The translations under genes and the position numbers were made by a program. A DNA stretch of 64,000 bases. Source: Octopus vulgaris. Taxonomy: Eukaryota. The DNA is taken from positions 38,502,001-38,566,000 of the forward strand of contig OX597819.1 of NCBI GenBank assembly GCA_951406725.2. Reading direction: 5' to 3'. This document shows positions 40,880 to 51,269 of this stretch, piece after piece; positions within the stretch are counted from its first letter, which is position 1, and the number at the start of each line of letters is the position of its first letter. The notes under the pieces were generated by a model, which worked only from the letters and a program-made list of their open reading frames with translations, was not told where the DNA came from and searched no databases.

Positions 40880-41100
40880 GAATCCGTGGTGTATATCAAG
40901 GGTTGACACCAACTATCCTGAAGCAGGGTACAAACCAAGCAATGCGATTTTTTGTTATGGAAACACTCAAAGATAAATACAGAGGTGGGGACCCAAATAT
41001 CAAAGTTCCTACTCTTCTAACTGGGCTTTTTGGAGCAATTGCTGGAGCTGTATCTGTATTTGGTAATACTCCTATTGATGTCATAAAAACACGAATGCAG
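40880..41100 (+). CDS. SLC25A1: Citrate carrier internal exon (221 nt)
   Basis: cttatag|ga ... cag|gttagt; (G)IRGVYQGLTPTILKQGTNQAMRFFVM...GAVSVFGNTPIDVIKTRMQ; carrier motif PIDVIK. Confidence 0.97.
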
Positions 41101-41389
41101 GTTAGTTTTGACATTATTCTTTTTAATCCTTCCCATTTTTATGAGTATTTAGATATCCGCTATGTCTCAGTATTATAGTATCACATTTCTAATTCATGCT
41201 TTGTTCACTCAGAATTTTGAACAGCAATTACTTATTGACAACAATGGTAACATCCAAGAATTCCTTTTTTTTTTAATCCAGCTATTATGATTTCTCTGTA
41301 ACCACTTCCAGCACTAATTAAGTTACATAGTCTCCAAAAAATATCAGCTGTATCTTGTAAAGCATTTGAATAGTTTACAGAATAATTTT

Positions 41390-42766
41390 ACATCAGAACT
41401 AGAGAAGAAACTTCTAGTGTGGAAGCAAGGATTAGAATCGAAGGGCCTTAGAGTCAATGTTGCAAAGACCAAAGTTCTAGTAAGTAGGAAGGCGAACACA
41501 TTACACACCCCTTCAGTAGGTGGCCCTACTCGATCTGTAGAAAAGTTGTAGGTAGAAACTCCACAAGATGTACCCAGTGTAAGCTATGGACACATAAGAG
41601 GTGCAGCAACATCAAAAGAAGATTAACTGGGATGATAGCTTTAATGTGCAGCAGATGCACAGGGGCAATAAACACCACAGATGCTAAGAAAACAGACTCC
41701 ATTACATGTCAGGTAGAGAAACTAGAAGTAGTTGATAGTTTTTGCTACCTAGGTGACCAAGTCTGTAGTGGGGTTGGATGCTCAGAGAGTGTTACCACTA
41801 GAATAAGAAAAGCCTGGGCAAAGTTGAAAAAGCTTCTGCCCCTACAAAGGGCCTCTCGCTCAGAGTGAAAGGTAGAACGTATGATGCACGTGTGCAAACT
41901 GCCATGCTTCATGGCAATGAAACATGGGCCGTGACTGAAGACATGCGTAAGCTTCAAAGAAATAAAGCTAGCTTGATCCACTGGATGTGTAATGTCAGTG
42001 TGTGCTCACGACAGAGTGTAAGTGCCCTGAGAGAAATGTTAGACATAAGAAGTGTCAGATGTGGCAGGCAAGAGAGACGTTTGCATTAGTATGGTCATGT
42101 ACTGCAGATGGATGAGGAGAGGTGTGTGAAGAAGTGCTACTCCCAAACAGTGGAAGGACCCCGGGATAGTGGGGGAGACCCAGGAAGACATGGGATGAGG
42201 TGGTGAAGCATGACCTTCAAATGTTGGGCCTCACAGAGGTAATGACAAAAGACCAAGACCTCTGGAGATATGCTGTGACTGTGAAGACCCGGCAAATACA
42301 GTGAGTTCACAGCTGTAACCTACACCAGTGTTGCATAACCAGCCCACTCAAAAGTACCTTGGATCGTAAGGCAACATGCCATGCTTGAGGAGACCTATTG
42401 AGTCAAGTACATCAAAATCAAATCAAAATGGAAATTGTAGTTGTGACCCCCATACTGGTTGCACATAAAAAGCACCATCGGAATGTGGCCGATGCCAGTG
42501 CTGCTTTGACTGGCTTCTGTGCCAGTGGCACGTAAGAAGCATCATCCAATCGTGGTCGATGCTAGCTCCTCAGGCCCCTGTGCTGGTGACACGTAAAAAG
42601 CACCCACTGCACTCTTGGGGTGGTTGGTATTAGGAAGGGGATCCAGCTGTAGAAACACTGCCAGATCAGATTGGGGCCTGATGCAGCCTCCTGGCTACCC
42701 AGACCTCATTCGATCCATTCAACCCATGCCAGCATGGAAAATGGATTTTAAACGATGATGATGATG
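41390..42766 (+). mobile_element. 5'-truncated RTE-clade LINE: RT C-terminus, 3' UTR with internal subrepeats, (GAT)n tail
   Basis: GLRVNVAKTKVLV, LEVVDSFCYLGD, RIRKAWAK, VQTAMLHGNETW, GRPRKTWDEVV; tail ends aaacgatgatgatgatga. Confidence 0.92.
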
Positions 42767-44197
42767 AGCTCCTACTGTTTTTATTCCTGTACATATGAAA
42801 TCCTGGTCTGTGGTTTGTATTTCAGAAATCTCTCTGCAACTTTTATGCTCCCATTCACTTTCTAGTTAGCAGTAGGGTTTAGACTGTGCTTTCACATTTG
42901 AAACTTTTACTGCTTTAGCTCAGCAAATAATGAAATCCAGATCATCAGTAAATAAAATATCCTAGGACATTGATTTGAATTCTTGGTTATTGCCCCAAGA
43001 ACTGTAATGAATATAAGGTAGCTAAATTCAAGGTTTTATTGACTACTACATTTGCATACTGCTCACATATCTCAGAGAGGAGTGCTATTATTCAAACACG
43101 CAATCCTTTATTTACTTCAACAGAAAAATAATTCAGCTGGCTGGTAAATATTCATTCACTAACACACTACAACCACTGACTGAGTGATGTATTTATTTCT
43201 ACCACCAGTTCAACCAGTTTGTTCCTGTGAACTAGCTCATTTGAATAGGATTCTCTTAGAAGTTTTACCTGGTAAATTTGTCTTCATCTTATTAACCCCT
43301 ACTCTGTTTCACTCATCAGACCTAGTATATTTTGCTCAATCCTACTCCAATGTGGATCTTGGTCATGTTTAAAAGAGGGTCAGTAACTGCTCAGAGCTGA
43401 AATATTGTCTAACCCTGAAGAGGAAGCGCCTAGGACACCTATGCCAGTAACATGTAAAAGGCTGGTGACATGTAAAAGGGACTCTCTATGCTCTTGGAGT
43501 GGTTGGCATTAGAAAGGGCATCCAACCATAGAAATCAAGCCAAAATCAGACTGGAGTCTCGTACAGCTTTGTTCCAGTCAAACTGTCTAATCCATGCCAG
43601 CATGGAAAGTAGATGCTAAATGACGATGAATGATTGTATGTATGTTTGTTTGTCATGAGATATCACTAAAACATGGCTTAAGATCTATATTGGAATATGA
43701 TTGAGCAAAATATTCTAGGTCTGATGGGTGAGACAGAATAAGGGAAATGAGATGAAGACAAATGTATCAGGTAGGACTTCTTAGAGGGTCTTATGCAACT
43801 AACTCACAAGAACAATCTGGTTACAGTAGTGGTAGAAAACTCTACATCATTGCAAGGTTTAATGTTTGTTGCATTTTTAATAAGGATATTTGTTTATCAG
43901 TTTTAATGCTTAAAATGTTTCAGCATACTAATGGGAATGTATACATTCTCTAAGATTGATATATTCTGATTACTAAAATACAGTCTCAGAAAATGAATAT
44001 ATTGTATTTAAACAATTCTCTTCACTTATTAAATAATGACATAATTAGCAAGCATTTTTAGTCAATTGATTAATTGTTTTTTCTTCAAGTGTAACAAAGG
44101 TTAATTTGATAGATTGACTTTACTGACTCCAGAGAGATGTATGTTAGTCTCCTCTTTAGTAGCTTATGGATGGATTTGAACACAACACTAAAAATAT

Positions 44198-44890
44198 GAG
44201 TGTGGCTGTGTGGTTAATAAACTTGCTTTCCAATCATGCAATCTTGGGTTCACTCCCATGGTGCAGTACCTAATGTAAATGTTTTCTATTGTAGTCCCAG
44301 GTTGACCAAAGCCTCATGAGTGGATTTTGTAGACAGAAACTGGAACTGCATATATATATCTGTGTGTGTGTGTGTGTGTGCATGCATGCATGTGTGTATA
44401 TGTGTATTACTGTTTCCTTTCCTTGACATTGCATTTACAATGAATGTCATCGTCATGCAAGTGGCATCCTTTGTTTCCAATCTTCTGTGAAAATGTCTTG
44501 CCGTGGGAAAATATTACCTTATATGGACACAAGTAAAGGTTGGTGGCATGAAGTGCCTCTGGCCATAGAAAAATCTATCTCAACAAATTCTGTCCAACCC
44601 ATGTAAACATAGAAAAGTGCATGTTAAAATGAGGATTTATGAATTTGTGTGTACCCTTTTCCTGACATCATGTGGTATTTGTAAACAAGCATCACCATCA
44701 TACAAGCAGTGTTGTTCATTTGCATCTTCTGTGAAAAACATGTTTGGCCTTGGGGAAAATATTAACTTGCTTGGAAACTGGTGAGGATTGGCAACAGGAA
44801 GGGCATTCAGCTATAGAATATCTACCTTAACAAACTCCATCTGACGCATGCAAGCATGGTAAAGTTCATGTTAAACTATGATGATGATAT
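44198..44890 (+). mobile_element. SINE head/body followed by two duplicated tail segments
   Basis: gtggctgtgtggttaataaacttgctttccaatcatg..ttgggttcactccca; repeated tcttctgtgaaaa...aaaatatta.ctt...aacaaa.tc..tc..ac.catg at about 44480-44630 and 44725-44885. Confidence 0.65.
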
Positions 44891-46232
44891 GTAGCTATGT
44901 GTATGCATATCTATGTGTATAGGCCAATAACTATATAATTATTTGCCTGTCTATGTTTTTACTTATCTCATGTTTCTATATTCATGTGAGATTTTATACT
45001 GTAATTTGAGCCATGGTTAGTTTTTATCTATTTTCTTTGTTACAAGTGTTTGTAATAACAATTAAGCATTTGTATGTATATGGCCTCAAACATTCTGAAA
45101 TTAGGTCATATTTGTGTGTGTGTGTGATGATATATATATGTACCCACATACATATATATACACACACACATGCCTACATGTTTTAAATTTCAGCTCTGAA
45201 ATCTGTCTACCAATCAAAAACTATGCAATAGATAATGTGTATGTGCACATCATGAATGTGCTCACATCTTCCAGGGTGTACGTTAGAATACCAGAATGGA
45301 AAAACAGAATTTCAAACTATTATTCTTTTGCAATGTTAGAATAGTTCACTTTCTAATCACATGGTTTCAAGTTCAGTCCCACTGCATAGTACTCAGGTGC
45401 AGGTATCACTATGGGGCTAAGATATTTTCTTCCTAACCATGCAGCTTCAGGTTTAGTCTCATTGCATAGCAACTTATTAAAGTATCTTCTATTAAAGCCT
45501 TGAGATAGTCAAAGCCTTGTAAGTGGATTTTTGTAGATAGAGACTCTGTGTGTGTGTGTGTGTTTTTACCTGTTTGCTTACATTGGTACCTCTTTGAAAA
45601 ATCACTCAGCTATGGGTCAAAAAACATGTTACTGTTAGTAGGAGGAAGGGCTTCTGGCTATAAAACACCTCAATAATATAGTCCTCTAACTCATGCCAGC
45701 ATGGTAAAAAGAAAAACGAAACAAATGTAAATAATAATTTAAATAGTGAAGCTGGGATTAAAATTGTTTTAGAGTTAGAGTTCTTCTATAATTGAAAGCA
45801 AAATTTAATGATAAATTTAATCAATGTATTTTGAATAAAAGATACCCTTCACACCATGTTAGTTTTCTGTCATGTTAGTTTTCAGTTGTCCTCAGTAGTA
45901 GATATCTTTAGATGTTATAGTCACTATTTTATTTTCCCAAAGGAAACCCTATATGTAACATTATTTTCCTCAGGAAAGCTGCAGAAATGATGGTGAAGTA
46001 ATAATTAGTTAATGTAATTATTTTCTTAAGTCTGGTAAAATATTAAATTCCAACCCTTTGTTTTGTGTTTAGAGCTCCATAACTATTAATGAAATTTAAA
46101 ATAGAAAATTACTGTATCACTTTTCTTTTTAAGTGAAGATTCTCATCTTGAGAAAGTTTAAATCACAATTAATGAATTTTAACTTTTCAGAAGATCAATT
46201 TCATCAATGAGATTACTTTTAATACTTACATA

Positions 46233-46454
46233 TACAAATGGGTGCTGAAAAGTTCTTGGTTTAAGGGTATTGCAAAAGGCCTGGTTGGAAGCCTAACTTT
46301 CCAGGTTCTATAAATAAGGCTTAGAAAAATTGAAGGACTGCTACAATAAATGTGTGAATCTGAGAGGGGAATATGTTGAATAAAATCATAATTAACTGAT
46401 CCACCTGTATTTTCTTTCACCCAAAACCAAGAACTTTTTAGCATCCCATTGTGC
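46233..46454 (+). mobile_element. mariner-derived MITE retaining the transposase C-terminus
   Basis: Terminal inverted repeats gggtgctgaaaagttcttggttt / aaaccaagaactttttagcatccc; 46318-46383 reads GLEKLKDCYNKCVNLRGEYVE*, like mariner GI.KL..RW.KC....G.YVE*. Confidence 0.85.
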
Positions 46455-47133
46455 ATTATATTTCAATCAATTTTCTCTCCAAATTGTCAAGTATCTTGAA
46501 TAATCCTCACAAGACACCCACTTCTAAAAAAAGAAAAATATTGGTTTAGCTCCAAGTTGACCTTGACAGAGCAGATCTATTATAAAAGAGCATTCAGGTC
46601 ATAACTGTACCTTCTTCTTCATTTTTTCATTATTCCCCTTTTCTTTAAGATCATAAGGTGTTGTTCAAAGATTTTGCTGCTATATTAAGTCAAACCACAA
46701 TTTAGAGACTCTCTTTTTGGCTCCATTAGAGATGACTGTTCCATTATACAGTATACTGATGTGTACAAAGTCTTCATTCAGTCAGATATGAACATGATCG
46801 TTGCATTCTATAGGTTTGTCCCTTTGGGACAAATCTATGACTTCTCAGTTTATTGTGACTGGGAAGTTCTAAGTGAGAGTTTCTATTGCAGATTGTATTT
46901 ATATGAGGGTTTTGGGTCTGTTAGCATTCTTCTTTTGCTTGCTCCAAGATGTTTGCTACAAAACCTCCCAATACTTGGTATCGATGTCAAGGGTCTTCAT
47001 AATTTTGTCGCCATAATGGAAGTAATCTACTTCTACATTAGATTAGAAAGCAAGTTTTTCAATTTTGCCTGCCATGCAAAGCTCTTGTGGGATGTTGTTG
47101 TTTTCCAATGATCTTGGTCAATTGCATAGAGTA

Positions 47134-47532
47134 TATGTAAAATGTGTGAAAAGTCTGGCTGCATCCGAAAAAATATATATTATGAAACAAAAATAAACAT
47201 AAAAGGTATTACACGAATCTGTTACCACCACGACAGTCAACTACTTGACGTCGAACACGAGTTTGATGTTGAATACATCCACGAATTTTCCGCTCAGATA
47301 GCGCTTCCCAAGACTGCAAGACGGCTTCGTGCAATTCATGCCTTGTTATAGGGTTTTTCAGTTCAACTTTATCGGCCAAAACATCTAAAGTTAATAATGA
47401 TTCTGCTAATTCGACGTGTAAACATCTGTTGAATAGAACTCACTGAATAAATCTTAATAAACTGTGTTGTCAATTGTATGCACCTGACGTATGCTAACGT
47501 GTATGCAGCCAGACTTTTCACTCAGAGGGTAT
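47134..47532 (-). mobile_element. Internally deleted Tc1-family transposon
   Basis: 19-bp perfect inverted repeat gtgaaaagtctggctgcat (47146-47164) / atgcagccagacttttcac (47503-47521). Minus 47361-47209 reads LKNPITRHELHEAVLQSWEALSERKIRGCIQHQTRVRRQVVDCRGGNRFV*, a Tc1-type C-terminus. Confidence 0.8.
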
Positions 47533-48441
47533 ATATTTACTGATCTTATTACTTAATGTCATTATTCCTTTTGAGTGTATGACTACTTGTAGTTTTTATA
47601 ACATAATTCGAATTACGAAAGAACATCAAATTATTTTAAATGGTTGGTTTTAACAGCTTTCGTAGAACTATCAGGGGGAATAACTCCTACCGACAAGGTG
47701 AAATTAATTTACTTAGACGACATCACTCAGAATGTGATATCCTTAGAGTTATTAGATCACAACCATTTTTCTCTCTCTGTCTCCTCCAACCTGTATTGCT
47801 AAATCTTGTTGCAAACTGAAACCACTAGTCATTTATCTTCGAAGTACAACCTGCAGTTTCCAATGTATCAGCTCGCATTCTCTTGATTAGTATTTCAGAT
47901 TCTTATTTCATATCAATTATATTTCATATTCATTCATACACAATTCAACCTGCTTTTGCTTTAACATTTTTTAATCTGTTATACTATTTATACTTTGATC
48001 CATTGTTCTTCTCTCTCTTTCTCATATATATATATATGTATATAGTCAGCAGATGAGATCTAGAAATTATCAGCATTGCCCCTCCTCCCCCCCCATATAT
48101 ATATATATATATATATATACATAAGGGACCCCCAGGCGAACATCGACGTCACCAGAAAGGCTACACCGTCACGGTGTCCTTATCCTGCAAGGAGGTAATT
48201 CCCCGATATAGCCTTTCTGGTGACGTCGATGTCGCCTGGGGCTAAATGCAAATACACCCCACCACCCTGCCCTGTCCCTAGCCATATTCAGATGGCTTTA
48301 GTCCCTTATGTTATCGAGCAGTTACTGTCTATATCTCTTTTAGAGAATTATTATTGCTTTCGAACAGATTTTCGAAATCACCAAATGTATTTTGCTTGAA
48401 AATCTATATATGAATATCCTGCAGAGTGAGGATTCGTCGAG

Positions 48442-48511
48442 GAAGCGAAGCCTACCACACGCCGACGATAGGCATCACCTTGAAACCATGGTCCGTGTGT
48501 GGTTTCGCTTC
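48442..48511 (+). ncRNA. Type I hammerhead ribozyme, copy 1 (small deletions)
   Basis: cacacg-CCGACGA-uagg(cauca)ccuu-GAAAC-caug-GUC-cgugug; predicted cleavage after 48493. Confidence 0.7.
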
Positions 48512-48789
48512 ATCGGGACCTCCCTTTGAGGATAAGGACACGTGACGGTGTCGAGCCTTTCTGGTGACGTCGATGTTCGCCTGGGGCTAAATGCAACAGT
48601 AACACCCCCACCACCCTGCCCTGTCCCTAGCCATATTCAGATGGCTTTAGTCCCTTATGTTATCGAGCAGTTACTGTCTATATCTCTTTTAGAGAATTAT
48701 TTTGCTTTCGAACAGATTTTCGAAATCAGCAAATGTATTTTGCTTGAAAATCTATATATGAATATCCTGCAGAGTGAGGATTCGTCGAG

Positions 48790-48863
48790 GAAGCGGAAGC
48801 GTACCACACGCCGACGATAGGCAATACACCTTGAAACCATGGTCCGTGTGTGGTTTCCGCTTC
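48790..48863 (+). ncRNA. Type I hammerhead ribozyme, copy 2
   Basis: Stem I CACACG/CGUGUG, core CCGACGA 48811-48817, stem II uAGG(caauaca)CCUu, GAAA, stem III AC(caug)GU, GUC with cleavage after 48844, distal stem GAAGCGGAAG/UUUCCGCUUC. Confidence 0.8.
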
Positions 48864-49149
48864 ATCGGGGAATTACCTCCCTTTGCAGGATAAGGACACC
48901 GTGACGGTGTCCAGCCTTTCTGGTGACATCGATGTTCGCCTGGGGCTAAATGCAACAGTAACACCCCCACCACCCTGCCCTGTCCCTAGCCATATTCAGA
49001 TGGCTTTAGTCCCTTATGTTATCGAGCAGTTACTGTCTATATCTCTTTTAGAGAATTATTATTGCTTTCGAACAGATTTTCGAAATTAGCAAATGTATTT
49101 TGCTTGAAAATCTATATATGAATATCCTGCAGAGTGAGGATTCGTCGAG

Positions 49150-49223
49150 GAAGCGGAAGCCTACAACACGCCGACGATAGGCAATACACCTTGAAACCAT
49201 GGTCCGTGTGTGGTTTCCGCTTC
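49150..49223 (+). ncRNA. Type I hammerhead ribozyme, copy 3
   Basis: Same fold, one stem I substitution (aacacg); predicted cleavage after 49204. Confidence 0.78.
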
Positions 49224-49509
49224 ATCGGGGAATTACCTCCCTTTGCAGGATAAGGACACCGTGACGGTGTCGAGCCTTTCTGGTGACGTCGATGTTCGCC
49301 TGGGGCTAAATGCAACAGTAACACCCCCACCACCCTGCCCTGTCCCTAGCCATATTCAGATGGCTTTAGTCCCTTATGTTATCGAGCAGTTACTGTCTAT
49401 ATCTCTTTTAGAGAATTATTATTGCTTTCGAACAGATTTTCGAAATCAGCAAATGTATTTTGCTTGAAAATCTATATATGAATATCCTGCAGAGTGAGGA
49501 TTCGTCGAG

Positions 49510-49583
49510 GAAGTGGAAGCCTACCACACGCCGACGATAGGCAATACACCTTGAAACCATGGTCCGTGTGTGGTTTCCGCTTC
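49510..49583 (+). ncRNA. Type I hammerhead ribozyme, copy 4
   Basis: Same fold; a C>T change in the distal stem leaves a U-G wobble; predicted cleavage after 49564. Confidence 0.8.
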
Positions 49584-50142
49584 ATCGGGGAATTACCTCC
49601 CTTTGCAGGATAAGGACACCGTGACGGTGTCGAGCCTTTCTGGTGACGTCGATGTTCGCCTGGGGCTAAATGCAACAGTCACACCCCCACCACCCTGCCC
49701 TGTCCCTAGCCATATTCAGATGGCTTTAGTCCCTTATGTTATCGAGCAGTTACTGTCTATATCTCTTTTAGAGAATTATTATTGCTATATATATATACTC
49801 TCAGCAAAATTTAGATTCAAATGAATATGGTACTTAAGTCAGATACACCAGAATTTTGTACGGTGTTATCCATATAAATCCATGGGGTGATTATAATCAA
49901 AATAAGCAACAAGAAAATCTTCGGTAATTTGGTTTGATCGTTTCATGCTACATCATTTTATTAAACGTTGTAAGTATTACAGCAGTTTTAAAGTGTTGAA
50001 CAATCATCAGCCATTTATAGAGGTTTTCCATCAATACATATACTTATTTTCATGTTAATTGATAACATTATAAAGAAGGTAGATATACAGACAGAGATGT
50101 TGATTTGAATGTTAAGAACATTAAGGTATTAGAATTTATCTT

Positions 50143-50180
<38 letters not shown>

Positions 50181-51269
50181 TCCTGCTGCCATGTTAAAAT
50201 TTATTTACTTACAATGACATAACTTAGAATATGATATTCCACATATATGTCTGAAAAATATGGGACTCATTAGCTAAGAATCTTTTTTCACTAGTGTTCT
50301 TAAAGGACAATGCCAACATGAACAACAGGTGTTGATGAGGATGATGACATATATCAACACAAAGTAAAATGGATAATTATACATTTTTAATTGATAATTT
50401 TTAGCATGTAAATTGCCACTGTACGTTTCTGATGTGATAGTGTTGTTGAATACATTGTGATAATTCTCCTTGTTAATTTATCAGTATTAAATTGATTATG
50501 GTATTACATAGATCTAATAAACACCAACATATTGTCTGTACACACACACAGAGCAATCAATCTTTCTACCTATTTTTTCAAAAGCCTGAATCTGTTGTTT
50601 TATTGTCTCAATTGTTTTAGCAGAGTTGTGAAAGCATTAGATAAAATGTCTCATGGCAATTGATCTGAGAGCCAGCATATTGAGTTCAAGTCCTGTCAAA
50701 GTCAACTTTGCTTTTCATCCTTTTGTGCTTGATGAAAAAGTACCTAGCTAGGCTGATAGATTAGTAGAACTATTAGAAAGTTGGACAAGATGCTTTTCAG
50801 TATTTGTCCTGGTACCATGTAATTTGTGTTGAAATCCTACTTTGGCCAATTAGAAACAATAGGCTTAATCCATCATTAAATTTAACATGACCACTTGGTC
50901 TCTTGAGTGTCTTCATTCACATTTTCAATTCAATGATATCTTCCTCCCTCCCTCTATTCTTTGAGGTACTGGAAAGGATCGTTGGTACTGCGTTCCTCTC
51001 GACTAAAACAGATTAAGAAATAAAATGACTCTTTCATTACTGGGTCCATCATTTTGTGAATCTTCTCACTGGTGTATGCATCAGTAATGTTGAAGCTTTC
51101 TAGGTGCTCATAAACAGATAAGAGTATAGATCAAGATCAACTAGCATTGTAACATAGTCACATGTGACCGAGGCATCTGATAAGGTTATTATTGCTTATA
51201 ACATCTTTGCATCTTATACATCTTCAAGAATTTGTAGATTTGGTGTCATGTATATTTTGGATTTGTTTA

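Larger units (their letters stand above)
48120..49786 (+). mobile_element. Tandem array of about 4.4 x 360-bp units, each full unit with a hammerhead fold (candidate non-LTR retrozyme), with inverted 5' piece and (TA)n flanks
   Basis: Lines 48781, 49141 and 49501 are near-identical at an exact 360-bp period. Sense array 48210-49786; 48120-48207 is a reverse-complement fragment of the unit; (TA)n at 48095-48119 and 49786-49797. Confidence 0.88.

Noticed and set aside
46760-47120. Possible R4/Dong-like endonuclease remnant on the minus strand
   Set aside because: Only faint motif echoes across several stops and frameshifts; not supportable without a database search.
48825-48875. Minus-strand CCGAUGA-agcg-GAAAC...GUU in the 360-nt unit as an antisense hammerhead (would imply ribozymes in both polarities)
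   Set aside because: No stem II can form from four nucleotides and no stem I pairing flanks the core; it is a by-product of the rod's self-complementarity.
48955-49036. Twister-like wording (UAACAC...UGCC.UGUCCCUAGCC) in the 360-nt unit
   Set aside because: The closing P2/P1 strands and the GAGGG-like pseudoknot partner are absent; cagtaac pairs directly with gttactg instead.
48120-49786. CRISPR array or rRNA/snRNA tandem cluster
   Set aside because: Units are identical throughout with no unique spacers, and there is no resemblance to 5S rRNA, U snRNAs or spliced-leader RNA that I can recognise.
48542-49824. Repeated 67-92 aa ORFs in the array, and possible rolling-circle translation because 360 is divisible by 3
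   Set aside because: Mostly non-ATG starts, no recognisable domain, and the listed ORFs end at stops within each unit; no endless frame appears in the ORF track.
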